Virus record (IMG/VR): IMGVR_UViG_3300046167_000554
Location: 89,515 to 153,514 of that record
Source: a virus
Length of the DNA: 64,000 nt
Direction: 5' to 3' (one strand)
The notes under the pieces are model-generated. The model was not told where the DNA came from and searched no databases. It worked only from the letters and a program-made list of their open reading frames with translations. Shown here one piece after another: positions 40,256 to 51,688 of the stretch; position 1 is the first letter of the stretch; the number at the start of each line of letters is the position of its first letter. Both the position numbers and the translations under genes were made by a program.

Positions 40256-41967
40256 TAATATTTAAGAAAGTAAGATATAGAAATCTCTTATCCAGTGGAA
40301 ACAAATTTACTGAAATTCAATTAGACTCACATAACACCACCCTTATTTTAGGGGAGAATGGTGCTGGTAAGTCCACACTTCTCGATGCATTATGTTTCGG
40401 ATTATATGGACGTGGGTTCAGAAACCTTAAGAAAGAACTACTAGTCAATAGTATGAACGAGAAAGAACTAGTCGTTGAGATTGAGTTCTCTATTGGTAAG
40501 AAACAATACAAAATCATGCGTGGTGCAAAACCAAACAAATTCGAAATATATGTTAATGATGTGTTCGTCAATCAAGATGCAACAGTCAGAGACTATCAAG
40601 AACACTTAGAAAAGAACATACTCAAAATGAGTTTCCGTTCCTTTACTCAAGTCTGTATCCTTGGGTCAGCAAACTTTACACCTTTCATGCAGTTAAAGAC
40701 TGCAGAGAGACGTAGACTTGTAGAAGACCTATTGGATATATCAATCTTCTCAACTATGTCAGACATATTAAAGAAGAAGATTTCTAACCATGTGATTGAG
40801 GTTAGAGAGAATAAACATGAAATACAAATTATGGAAGAACGTATCAGTGGTTTGAACTCTCAACTTAATGCACTCCGTGAAAATAGAGAAAAGAAAATCT
40901 CTAAGTTTGAAAACACTGTAGAAGAAACTCAAACTAATATCACAAATCTCATGGAGACCATAAATGAAAAGACGGAAAATGTGGTGGAGAAAAAATCCAC
41001 TATCTCAGATAAAGATAAAACAGAAACTAGACTCAAACAAACAGTTGACATGGAAGCTAAACTTGAGGATGCTAAAAGAAAAGCAATTAAGGAAATTAAA
41101 TTCTATGAGACCAATGATGATTGTCCCACATGTAAACAAGGATTAGATGAAGAACATAAGAAGAAACACATTGAGGAAAAACAGGACAAAGTTACAGAAA
41201 TCAAAACGGCAGTTTCTACACTTGAAGAACAAGTTGAAGAACTCAACAGAGAAATCCAACGAATCGATGGAGTTCAAGACAACATAAACACTATTCAAAA
41301 AGAAGTTGGTATACTACAAACTGAAGTGTTATCTAATCAGAAGTTTATTACAAAGATTCAGAAAGAGATTGATGATTTGAAGATTGAGATAAGTGGTAAT
41401 GGTGATACTCAAAGTAAGATAGAAGACAGTGAAGAGAAACTAGATATCTTACATTCTAGAGCAGAAAACCTAACATCACAAACACACTATTTTGAACTAG
41501 GTCAGATGTTACTAAGAGACCAAGGTGTCAAACAAAAGATTATCAAACAGTATGTTCCAATCATGAACAAACTAATCAACAAGTATCTTGCACAACTTGA
41601 ATTCTATGTTGGGTTTGAACTCAATGAGGCCTTCGAGGAAACCATCAAGTCAAGGTTCAGAGACGTATTCAAATACGATAACTTCTCTCAAGGTGAGAAG
41701 ATGAGAATCGACCTTGCACTACTATTCACATGGAGAAGTGTTGCAAGAATGAAGAACAGTGTTAACACTAACCTATTGATATTAGATGAAGTATTTGATT
41801 CATCACTTGATACTGCTGGAACAGACGACTTCTTTAAACTTCTCTATACACTTACAGAGAAGACTAATGCATTCATTATATCACATAAAGGGGATGCACT
41901 CTATGACAAGTTCGAGAATGTTTTACGATTTGAAAAATATAAATCGTTCTCTCGACTTGCAGAATAG
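40252..41967 (+). CDS. gp46: Recombination ATPase gp46 (Rad50-like)
   Basis: GENGAGKS, CPTC zinc hook, FSQGE signature, LDEVFD. Confidence 0.96.
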   Translation: MIIFKKVRYRNLLSSGNKFTEIQLDSHNTTLILGENGAGKSTLLDALCFGLYGRGFRNLKKELLVNSMNEKELVVEIEFSIGKKQYKIMRGAKPNKFEIYVNDVFVNQDATVRDYQEHLEKNILKMSFRSFTQVCILGSANFTPFMQLKTAERRRLVEDLLDISIFSTMSDILKKKISNHVIEVRENKHEIQIMEERISGLNSQLNALRENREKKISKFENTVEETQTNITNLMETINEKTENVVEKKSTISDKDKTETRLKQTVDMEAKLEDAKRKAIKEIKFYETNDDCPTCKQGLDEEHKKKHIEEKQDKVTEIKTAVSTLEEQVEELNREIQRIDGVQDNINTIQKEVGILQTEVLSNQKFITKIQKEIDDLKIEISGNGDTQSKIEDSEEKLDILHSRAENLTSQTHYFELGQMLLRDQGVKQKIIKQYVPIMNKLINKYLAQLEFYVGFELNEAFEETIKSRFRDVFKYDNFSQGEKMRIDLALLFTWRSVARMKNSVNTNLLILDEVFDSSLDTAGTDDFFKLLYTLTEKTNAFIISHKGDALYDKFENVLRFEKYKSFSRLAE

Positions 41968-41979
41968 ATAAATAGTAAT

Positions 41980-43456
41980 ATGAAATCATTTAAAGAACAT
42001 CTCGTAGAAACTCCTATGAAGGCAGATTTCCAAGACATCTATAAGAGAGATAACAAGAAGAAATTCAATGATAAGGCTCTAAAAGGTGAATTGGAACTTG
42101 AAGATGGTGGTAAATTAGGAAGACTATCTAAAGACGACCTCGCACTAAAACAATTAATGTCAGTAGATGATGAAAGAGAATTGGACGTAGCACCAATCAG
42201 AAGTCATATCAAAACTAATTGGGGTATCAATACAATTTCTAAAGTCAGTAAAGACATGAATGGTTTGTCTATTGGTGAAGGTGGTAAGAAACCTAGTGGA
42301 GAAGACTGGGAAGCTATTATTGCAGTTGCAGTAAACAAAATCAATGGTCTTAAGTGGAACACTGGTGAAGAATGGGAACGTGCAGAGAAGTATTGGGGAG
42401 ACCATGAAATACCTGCTATGAAACTTGGTCAAGAGTTTATATCCAAATTAAAAGTTAAGAGTCTTAAACAATTAGGTTCTTCAACAGCAAAAACTTCACC
42501 CACATGGAATGCACCAAACAAAACACCTAAAACGGATTTGATTGATGGGGAAACACCATATATCTCTTAAGAAACATGGAAACTCTCAATTGATGTCGGG
42601 TAAGAAAGAAGAAGTTCTTGCAACCTTTAAAGCTGCACAAGAAAATTTTGGTGAAACCAAAGCAGGAAAAGTTGTAATCAAAAAAGTAATGAATACCTTA
42701 GAAGAGAAGATGGTTACACTTACGGAGAAGGGAACAGTAGATTCAATAAACAAACTTAGAGGTAAATCTAATCTTACTTCACAAGAACTAGACCGAATTA
42801 AAGAATTGGATAATGCACAACTAAATGCAAAAGAAATTAATGACGAACTAGATAACATATTTAAGTCACTACCATTCAAATCTCACGTTGCATTTGAAGC
42901 TGCAACAGGTAGAAGTAAATTTGCACCTTCACCCGAAGCAGTTGCAAACTTAGTAGTAGTGTTTAAAGACACTGGTTCGATAACAGATACACTAAAACTA
43001 GATTCTGCTGAAGGAGCAGGAATGAAACTTGCAAAGGGTAATGACTTTTATGTCTCATTCAAGAGTGGTGGTGGAAAAGGTTCCAAACCATACCTTTCAA
43101 TGAGAACAAAGAAATTAAAAGTACAATCTTTACAAAACTCCTATGCAGATGATACTTTCCGTAGTATAATTATGGAAGAGATAAACAAAGAAGGATTACT
43201 TACAGAAGACATGCAACAACTAGATGAGTTTGCAATATTCAACAAATTAGCAGGTAAAGTTAAAGATGTGTCTATGAATGTTGTGACCAAAGTTAGTAAT
43301 GCAATGAAGAACATCTTAGATAGAATTAAGAAAGTTTTTCAGTACATCTACAAACTAGGTAAACAAGCAGTCAAAGCTCTAATGAACTTCTTTGGTGTTG
43401 AAATAGGTAAAGTTAAGATAACAAAAACTGGTGGAATAGTACCACTAACGGATTAA
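41980..43456 (+). CDS. Late-expressed hypothetical protein, possible head-packaged internal protein (frameshift near 42550)
   Basis: GATAAATA upstream; MKSFKEHLVE N-terminus; 'PKTDLIDG..ISLKK' spans the frameshift. Confidence 0.55.
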
Positions 43457-43458
43457 TT

Positions 43459-44082
43459 ATGTATGAATTGGTAGAAGAGGCCTCCAAGGTCTTAAGGACT
43501 CCACCCCTTAAATTTGATTTTGAAAACCCATCCCAAGACCCAAAAGAAGTAGAAGAACAACTTGCAAATGCAATGGAGAACTTTGGTGGGATAGGACTTA
43601 GTGCAAACCAAGTTGGATTAGATGTCAGATGTTTTGTAATGAGAACCCAAGATGGTGCAGTGTGTTTCTTCAATCCCGAACTAACAAAAGTATCACAAGA
43701 AACTGATTTACTCAAAGAAGGTTGTTTATCTTTCCCCGATATATACCTTATGATAAAACGTTCCAAAGTTATTGAAATGAAATACAATGATAGTGAAGGT
43801 AAAGAACACATAATAACACTTGATGGACTCGGAGCAAGATGTGCTCAACATGAGATTGACCATCTAAACGGAATAGTATTTTTACAACGTGCATCTAGAT
43901 TGAAGTTAGATAGAGCATTAAAGTCACGTCCCAAAGAACGTGCAAAGAGAATAGAATATGAAAAACGACAAGCACTTGCAAAATATATCCAAAGCATGCA
44001 GTCCAAAGATGATACCACAAATGTTGACACCGATGGAGTGTCAGACACTAGTCCAGTGGTACAAGAGTCATCATCAACTTAG
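43459..44082 (+). CDS. def: Peptide deformylase
   Basis: GIGLSANQ, EGCLS and QHEIDHL motifs. Confidence 0.95.
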   Translation: MYELVEEASKVLRTPPLKFDFENPSQDPKEVEEQLANAMENFGGIGLSANQVGLDVRCFVMRTQDGAVCFFNPELTKVSQETDLLKEGCLSFPDIYLMIKRSKVIEMKYNDSEGKEHIITLDGLGARCAQHEIDHLNGIVFLQRASRLKLDRALKSRPKERAKRIEYEKRQALAKYIQSMQSKDDTTNVDTDGVSDTSPVVQESSST

Positions 44083-44624
44083 AACTATAGGGGATAATAC
44101 CGATTATCGTGCAATCAATCGAATGCACATTCATAATCCATTAATTCGAGACCTATTCGTCAAAGTAGACTCACAAGTCATTGGAGAAATCCGTAAGGAA
44201 ACCGACCAAGTAGTGTATCCCGAAATGTCATCCATAACAGAGTGGCCCGATAGGTGGTATTCAACCACCACACTTAGACACTTATTCTAGGTATGAGTTA
44301 GATGAAAGAACTACAGAAGAAGAGAAAGATAGACTTGCAGAACATCCTTCACGAGAGTGGACATTAATCTTATTCTTAAATGATGATTTTAAAGGTGGAG
44401 AAACCTATTTCCCCGAACTAAAACAAGAGTTTACACCAGTAGAAGGAAGTGGTCTACTGTTTCAAGGAATTTACCTACACCATGGGGTAAATAAAGTAAG
44501 ACGTGGTTCTAGACGAACCATATCCACATGGTTTACTACAGATTTTTCTAATATACTCCATCCCGTTCCAGTAAGAGATTTAGAACAAGACAATCTTAGT
44601 ATCAAACAAACAACCCACTCGTAG
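44009..44624 (+). CDS. 2OG-Fe(II) oxygenase (frameshift near 44250)
   Basis: Shifted frame reads 'PHLD...LILFLNDDFKGGETYF...HGVNKV..G.R.TISTWF'. Confidence 0.7.
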
Positions 44625-44691
44625 CTCAACTGGATAGAGCAATGGTCTTCTAAACCATAGGTTACAGGTTCAAGTCCTGTCGGGTGGGCCA
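44615..44691 (+). tRNA. tRNA-Arg(TCT)
   Basis: Acceptor CCACTCG/CGGGTGG, D-arm GCTC/GAGC, anticodon arm ATGGT-ctTCTaa-ACCAT, T-loop GGTTCAAGTCC, encoded CCA. Confidence 0.95.
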
Positions 44692-44718
44692 AATAATCAC
44701 AAAAAACCCCTCTAAAAG

Positions 44719-44748
44719 TTGACAATGCCCCTCACTTTTTTGTATACT
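44719..44748 (+). promoter_or_regulatory. Early promoter TTGACA-N18-TATACT
   Basis: Direct match; spacer contains TCACTTTTT. Confidence 0.8.
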
Positions 44749-44775
44749 ATGTATATAATGAAAAAAGGAGATAAC

Positions 44776-44973
44776 ATGTCAAACATTCACAACGACAACA
44801 TTAATCAAGAAATTATGGAAGATATCCTATCTATGGCAGATAAGGATATTTGGAATGTAATTTTTGCAATTGAAAACGAATTTGGTATTGCAGAAGTACC
44901 AAGTCCTACAGGTGGTGCAAATGGTTTCATTGCAAAACTGTTCGAACTTAGAAAAGAAGCGAGGTCTATTTAA
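44776..44973 (+). CDS. Early hypothetical protein
   Basis: SD AAGGAG before ATG 44776. Confidence 0.65.
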   Translation: MSNIHNDNINQEIMEDILSMADKDIWNVIFAIENEFGIAEVPSPTGGANGFIAKLFELRKEARSI

Positions 44974-45281
44974 TGTTGGATACGAGTTACATAGAAGTTG
45001 GGTATGATACCTGTAAGTATACTATAGATGGTATAACAACCACTGCTATAATCAAAGAGGTTACTCCTCATCATATCGCAGTAAAACCTATCAGTAGACT
45101 AGGTAAGAATGTATTTGAGACTAATTTAGATACTACTTTCATAGGACAAATATTCTCTTCAGATTGTTATGATGCAATTGACTTAGAGATATGGATGGAC
45201 GGAAGAGGTTGTGATAACTCTGCAATCGGTGTGAGTGGTTGTTATGAACCATACACTATGTTAATGACAGAGGTTGCTTAA
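44973..45281 (+). CDS. Early hypothetical protein
   Basis: Coupled ORF. Confidence 0.6.
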   Translation: MLDTSYIEVGYDTCKYTIDGITTTAIIKEVTPHHIAVKPISRLGKNVFETNLDTTFIGQIFSSDCYDAIDLEIWMDGRGCDNSAIGVSGCYEPYTMLMTEVA

Positions 45282-45457
45282 TGAAATATCTCAAAGAGAT
45301 TACAGATTGGGATATATCCAATCACACTTACATAGTCAATGATGCTGGACACTTAGTTGGATACATCAAGACTGGAACTAAAGATGAGATAATCTTCAAG
45401 TCCCCAATGAAACAATTCTCCAAATCTAGGAGAAAATTCATTACCCTCAAAAGATAA
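45281..45457 (+). CDS. 58-aa early hypothetical protein
   Basis: MKYLKEITDW...NHTY...KQFSKSRRKF; SD GAGG. Confidence 0.6.
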   Translation: MKYLKEITDWDISNHTYIVNDAGHLVGYIKTGTKDEIIFKSPMKQFSKSRRKFITLKR

Positions 45458-45459
45458 AT

Positions 45460-45489
45460 TTGACAATGGGTATCACTTTTTGATATACT
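45460..45489 (+). promoter_or_regulatory. Early promoter TTGACA-N18-TATACT
   Basis: Direct match; spacer contains TCACTTTTT. Confidence 0.8.
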
Positions 45490-45517
45490 ATAGTCTGAAT
45501 CGGGAAACAACTTAATT

Positions 45518-47901
45518 ATGAAAAATACAAGAAACCAAAAAGACCAACTTGCAAAACTAATGGCTGCAGAGAATATCACTGTTGTTCATAAGAAAATACC
45601 AACTGCATATTTTGATGTAAAGAATAGAATACTTGCTTGTCCTATCTTTAAGGAAGATATGTCTGCAGAACTTTATGACTTATTCATGGGTCACGAAGTT
45701 GGTCATGCATTGAATACACCTTACGAGGGTCTTCACTCTGCATTAGAAATGAATAGAACACTTAAAGGATATCTTAATGTTGTAGAAGACGTTAGGATTG
45801 AGAAAGCAATCAAGAACAAATTCCAAGGATTAAGGAAGTCATTCTTTACTGCATACAATGAATTAATGACAATGGATTTCTTCGGTCTTGAGAAAAGAAA
45901 TCTTTCAGAACTTTCATTGATTGACAAAATCAATTTACAAACTAAGGTCGGTTCAAGACTTGGTCTTCAGTTCAATAAAGTAGAACAAGAATTCTTAGAC
46001 ATGTCAGAAGCATGTAAGACTTGGGAAGACGTTGTTGAATGTGCTACTGCAATCTATGAGTGGTCTAAAGAGAATGAGACAAGGACTGAAGATGATGAGA
46101 TGTTAGTTCCTCAAATGTTTGACCTTGATGAAGATGGAGACGAAGAGGGTGACGAAGAAGAATCAGAAATGGAAGAGATGGAAAACGAATCTCAAGAATC
46201 TGCTGATGGTGGTGATTCAGACGAAGATGATGCAGAAGAGGATTCACTTCCCGAGTTAAATGAGGTTGACACTGGTGACACTTCAGAGGAAGAAGCAGAA
46301 CAAGAAGGTGACACTGATGATGCAGAACAACAAGTCAAGTCTACTGGTGGTAAAGAAGGTGGTGCTGACCAAGGTTATCATGACGAAGAAGATGGTGCAA
46401 GGGAATCAATCACTGAACACGCTGCACATAACAATGAAGACCAATTCATGTCTTCAGAGAATGTAGTCAAAACTACAATCGACTTAAAACCACTTTTCAA
46501 AAAAGAAGATATGAGAAAAGGAATTGTTGATTTCAAACAAGTCTTAAGTGACTGGAAAACATATGTAGAAAATCCTTCAGAATATACTACACCCGAGAAA
46601 CATGCACATAATTATGCAAGGGGAGCTTTCACTGCAAAGAAAATAGAAAACAAAAACAAAAAGATTGTTGCTCACATGGCAAAAGAGTTTGAAATGAAAC
46701 AGTCTGCACAACTTTCTAAGAAAGCATTCACTGGTAAAACTGGTAAGTTAGATATGAATAGACTTGCAAAATACCAAATCGTTGATGATATTTTTAAAAG
46801 AGCAGTCTACTTGCCTGAAGGTAAGAACCACGGACTAAATGTTCTTTTAGATTGGAGTGGTTCAATCAATAACCAAGTGAATGACCTTTTAGAACAATCA
46901 ATGATACTTGCAGAGTTCTGTAGAAAAGTTAACATCCCTTATAGAGTTTATCTTTTCAGTGATGCATATTACCCTAGTGGGACTGAAAGAGACTACTATG
47001 GAAACAGTGGTAAACTGATTGAGATTATGTCTAACGAAATGAACAATAGACAACATAGAGAAATGATGTCCTACCTAGGATGCATCTACTCTAATCACTT
47101 TTGTGGAAACATCAATTGGAGAAGTTATGAGAAAACTATTCAACAATACAATGACTTCTTTGGTGAGTTTGAAACAATTGATAATGATGGAAGATACTGG
47201 GACTTAGAATACAACTTCAGACCTCAAAACTATAGACTCGGTGGAACACCTCTTGACCAAACACTTATTATGTTAAGACAACTACTTCCCGAGTTCAATG
47301 CACAATACGGAATTGAGAAGTCAATCCTAACAGTTATCACTGATGGTTATTCTCATGGTGCTGACTTCCTTAACAGAACTATTGAAGAAAAGGAAGACAT
47401 GGTTGCACAAGAAAAGAACTGTAATGATGATGGGATTTCTTGGAGAGTAGAAAAGTCTAGAGACCTAATTGACCCATACTCTAAACAAAGTGTTTCCCTT
47501 CAAGGTCAAGCTGGTACTATTCAAGAAATGCATTTCTCAATTACTCAAAACTTCTTGGAGTGGATATCAGAAACATGTAATGTTACAGTTACTGGGTACT
47601 TTGTTCTTGGTAGAAAACATGACGTGTATGGTCATCTTCCTTATACTAACGATCATACAGGACAGACTATGATGACTTCTTGGAAAGAGATAAGAAAAAT
47701 GGTATGGTAGTTAACTGCACAAGGATACAACAAATTATTCCTTGACTGTGCAACACCTTGGGACTGACAGGTGATGATGAACTTGGAGACGACTTCATCG
47801 ATGCAAAAAAAGTCAGAGTGATGGCTGCATTCAAAAGAAATCAGAAATCCAAAACTACATCAAGATTTTTAACTAACGAATTTATAAAGGAGATTGCATA
47901 A
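45518..47901 (+). CDS. Metallopeptidase-like/vWA (CobT-like) protein; 3' end frameshifted
   Basis: HEVGH, 'NVVEDVRIE', acidic linker, MIDAS 'DWSGS', 'GGTPL', 'ITDG'. Confidence 0.8.
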
Positions 47902-48085
47902 TGGATAAAGTTATTTTAGAAAGGAATGAGTATAAGAGCGTTTGTCAACAAGGTTGACAGCATATAGGCTTGACTCAAGGAATCATGGTTCCACATATGG
48001 TTAACCACGATAAGGAATTGGATGTATTTGAAATCACACTATTGGATTCAGATATGGACACTACATTTTTACAGGAGCAAGTATA

Positions 48086-48352
48086 ATGAATGCATTACAA
48101 GTTGAAGAGAGTTACTACATTTCACACACTACCGATTACAGTTCATTTGCAGATGCAATTCAGAACGTGGGCCCTGGGCCATGCACAGTCTTTGATTGTC
48201 CAAATCAAGTGAAGTGTAAAGAAGAAAAGGTTGAGTGTAAAGCATTCAGATATTGGGTGAACAATGGGTCATTTGAAACCTATTCAAAAAAAGATGGTGG
48301 TATGATATCTATAGAAAAAGGTGTAGGAAAGTTACTTCAACCAATAAAATAA
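48086..48352 (+). CDS. Cys-rich hypothetical protein
   Basis: C-x4-C-x5-C-x6-C pattern; SD AGGAG. Confidence 0.6.
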   Translation: MNALQVEESYYISHTTDYSSFADAIQNVGPGPCTVFDCPNQVKCKEEKVECKAFRYWVNNGSFETYSKKDGGMISIEKGVGKLLQPIK

Positions 48353-48354
48353 AC

Positions 48355-48384
48355 TTGACAAAGCCCCTCACTTTTTTATATACT
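48355..48384 (+). promoter_or_regulatory. Early promoter TTGACA-N18-TATACT
   Basis: Direct match; spacer contains TCACTTTTT. Confidence 0.8.
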
Positions 48385-48425
48385 ACTAATGATGAGAAAA
48401 AAAGTTAAATAACGGAGACTATATT

Positions 48426-49655
48426 ATGACTGATACAAAAAGAACTTACGACAGAAGCGAGTCGATAACAGTGGCGGGAAAACCGTTTCACTATACGCCT
48501 GATAGGAAAGAATTCCTAGAAACGTTGACCAAGACGTACCCTAATAAAACTTCCTTTACGAAGGAAGAGATTAATAACACTGGTCACTTCCCATATTGGA
48601 TTAAATCTGCAAGGTATAATTTCAAAGAGGGTGTTGGTATCTTCAATCTTGAGGGCTGCTATCAGTGGTTACAATGGTGGGTATGAACCCGAAGTTGTTA
48701 CACCAAAAGTTATTCCGATTCCTGCTCAACCTGTTGCAAGTAACATGCCTGTTGCTGCTCAAACTGAGAGTGTGAATCTTATGTCGGATGCAAAAATAAT
48801 TCCCGAGAAGATGGACAACTATGTTCCATTCGGACACTTCAAAGATGTTAAGAACATCATCAAATCTAAAATCTTCTTTCCAGTATTTGTTACTGGTCTG
48901 AGTGGTAACGGTAAAACACTTATGATTGAACAAGTGTGTGCCCAACTGAAGAGAGAACTCTACAGGGTCAACGTTACAATCGAAACCGATGAAGATGATT
49001 TAATGGGTGGTCACACTCTAGTCAATGGTAACATTGTCTACAGGGAAGGGGCCAGTTATCAAAGCAATGAGAAAAGGTGCTGTCCTTCTTCTTGATGAAG
49101 TTGACTTGGGTTCAAACAAGTTAATGTGTCTACAATCAGTTCTTGAAGGTAAAGGATACCTAATCAAGAAAACTGGTGAGTGGGTTGCACCTAAAAAAGG
49201 TTTCACTATTCTTGCTACTGCAAACACGAAAGGTCAAGGGTCAGACGATGGTAAATTCATCGGGACTCAAATCATGAATGAGGGCGATGCTTGAAAGATT
49301 TGCAATTACCATGCAACAAGAATATCCGCCAGTGGTTACTGAAAGAAAAATTCTTGAAATGGAAATGGCATTGACTGGTGAAGTTGATTCAGAGTTCACA
49401 ACCAAACTGGTTGACTGGGCAGACATTATCAGAAAGACCTACTATGAAGGTGCTATTGATGATGTTATCACAACAAGAAGACTTGTTCACATCGTCAATG
49501 CATTCAGAATGTTCAATGACAAACTGAAGTGTATCACAATGTGTATCTCAAGGTTTGATGAAGAGACTAGGAATAGTATTCTCGACCTCTACTCCAAGAT
49601 TGATGCTGGAGTGGACTTGAATGCAGAAAACTCTATTGACGAAATGGAAGACTAG
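48426..49655 (+). CDS. MoxR/CobS-like AAA+ ATPase (split into 4 ORFs by apparent errors)
   Basis: GLSGNGKT, 'ETDEDDL.GG', LLLDEVD, 'ATANTKG.G', 'LERF'. Confidence 0.85.
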
Positions 49656-49670
49656 GAGTATACTAGTATC

Positions 49671-49955
49671 ATGTCAAACAAAATAGAATACAAATACAAT
49701 GAGAAGGAACTCCTTTCGGAGTTCTCTTCTTATGTAGATGCCACATATGGTGCTCACTACTCTAAAGATAAGTTTCAGGCGACTGAGTTTATTATGGACG
49801 GTGGTCACGGTGAGGGATTTTGTATCGGTAACGTGATGAAATATGCACAACGATACGGTAAGAAGGATGGTTATAATCGTGCTGACCTTCTCAAGGTAAT
49901 CCATTATGGATTCCTTGCATTGTACAACCACGATGTTTATAAGGAGACTAAGTAG
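49671..49955 (+). CDS. Conserved phage protein (DUF3310-like)
   Basis: 'TY..HY', 'GFCIGNVMKY.QRYGKK.G....DL.K'. Confidence 0.7.
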   Translation: MSNKIEYKYNEKELLSEFSSYVDATYGAHYSKDKFQATEFIMDGGHGEGFCIGNVMKYAQRYGKKDGYNRADLLKVIHYGFLALYNHDVYKETK

Positions 49956-50623
49956 TGATGAAAATTAGTGATGACACGAGGAATGTCTTAAAAAATTTCT
50001 CAACAATAAACCAAGGTATTAAAGTCAGTGAGGGCAACCAACTGAAAACAATATCGAATATGAAAAACATTCTTGCAGTTGCAACTGTATCTGAGGAATT
50101 TCCTCAAGATTTCAGTATCTACAATCTGCCAGAGTTCTTAGGTGCAACCAGTTTACTGGAAGACCCCGACTTTCAGTTCAATGATTCTTCTTTGAGTATT
50201 GCAGATAGCAATTCTTCAATGAATTATTTCTTTGCAAGTGAAGGTATGGTGGTAACGCCAGATAAAATGATTACAATGCCTGAGTCAGAAGTATCATTTG
50301 ATGTGTCTTCAACACTGTTGAATGACCTTAACAAGGCTGCAAGTGTTCTAGGTGTAGGTGATTTGATTTTAAAATCAGATGGTACTACTATAACCTTAGA
50401 AGTTACAGACAAAAAGAATGACACTTCAAACACATTCAGCAGAGTTGTTGGAACTGGAAACGGTGTGTCTTTCATAATGAACTTTAAGATTGAAAACTTG
50501 AAAGTGCTAGAGGGAAACTATTCAGTTTCAGTATCTTCAAAAGGTATCTCTAACTTCAAGAACAAAGATATTGATTTGGAGTACTTTATCGCATTAGAAC
50601 CCGATTCAAAATATGATATTTAA
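49955..50623 (+). CDS. gp45: Sliding clamp gp45
   Basis: 'LKNFSTIN', 'IYNLPEFL', 'YFIALEPDS'. Confidence 0.93.
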   Translation: MMKISDDTRNVLKNFSTINQGIKVSEGNQLKTISNMKNILAVATVSEEFPQDFSIYNLPEFLGATSLLEDPDFQFNDSSLSIADSNSSMNYFFASEGMVVTPDKMITMPESEVSFDVSSTLLNDLNKAASVLGVGDLILKSDGTTITLEVTDKKNDTSNTFSRVVGTGNGVSFIMNFKIENLKVLEGNYSVSVSSKGISNFKNKDIDLEYFIALEPDSKYDI

Positions 50624-50740
50624 CCTATATATTAGTGTGAGTATTGTACTAGTCTCTACAATTATCACGGGAGTAATTCAATCTCATCAATCTTCAAGGG
50701 TGAATTACACTGTGGACTCGGCGGGGAGTTCATCTCTATT

Positions 50741-51688
50741 ATGAAAGAAGAATTTTTATACGTGGAAAAGTATCGACCTCAAACAATTGAGGATACGATA
50801 CTTCCCAACCATCTAAAAGATACATTCAAAAAATTCGTTCAAGAAGGCGAGATACCTAACTTATTACTTTGTGGTTCTGCTGGTGTTGGTAAAACAACAG
50901 TTGCAAAAGCACTGTGTAATGAGATGGGTGCCGACTTCATTGTAATCAATGGTTCGGACGAGGGTAGATTGATTGATACCCTAAGAACTAAGATTAAAAA
51001 CTTTGCATCTACAATGTCACTTAGTGGTGGTTCAAAGGTGGTGATACTAGACGAGGCAGATTATATTTCTGCTGACTCAGTTCAACCTGCTTTGAGAAAC
51101 TTTATAGAAGAGTTCTCTTCTAATTGTAGATTCATCTTTACTTGTAACTACAAGAACAGAATTATTGCACCACTACATTCTAGAACAACAGTGATTGATT
51201 TTTCAATCAAACCTTCAGAGAAACCTCAACTTGCTCAAGACTTTATGAAAAGGTTGATGGGTATATGTACAACCGAGGGAATCGAATACGAACCAAAAGT
51301 TCTTGCTGAACTGGTTATGAAGTTCTTCCCCGACTTTAGACGTTGTCTGAATGAAGTGCAACGATATGGTATTGGTGGTGTCATTGACACTGGACTTCTA
51401 TCTACACTTAGTGAAGAGAAGTTAACACCTCTTATTGATATGATTAAAGAAAAGAATTGGAGTGGAATGAGAAAGTGGGTCGGAGAGAATTCAGACAATG
51501 ACTTTAATACACTTTACAGGAAAGTGTTTAATTCACTTGAAGTGAAACTTGAACCATCTTCAATACCAGCTGCAGTTCTAATCATTGCAGACTATCAATA
51601 CAAATCTGCATTTGCAATGGACTCAGAGATTAACTTCACTGCATGTCTAACAGAGATTATGTCGGAGTGTAAATTCAAAAATGGGTAA
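50741..51688 (+). CDS. gp44: Clamp loader large subunit gp44
   Basis: 'VEKYRP', 'GVGKTT', 'DEAD', 'FPDFRR'. Confidence 0.95.
   Translation: MKEEFLYVEKYRPQTIEDTILPNHLKDTFKKFVQEGEIPNLLLCGSAGVGKTTVAKALCNEMGADFIVINGSDEGRLIDTLRTKIKNFASTMSLSGGSKVVILDEADYISADSVQPALRNFIEEFSSNCRFIFTCNYKNRIIAPLHSRTTVIDFSIKPSEKPQLAQDFMKRLMGICTTEGIEYEPKVLAELVMKFFPDFRRCLNEVQRYGIGGVIDTGLLSTLSEEKLTPLIDMIKEKNWSGMRKWVGENSDNDFNTLYRKVFNSLEVKLEPSSIPAAVLIIADYQYKSAFAMDSEINFTACLTEIMSECKFKNG

Noticed and set aside
44471-44725. Minus-strand 84-aa ORF
   Set aside because: It is the antisense translation of the tRNA and the oxygenase 3' end.
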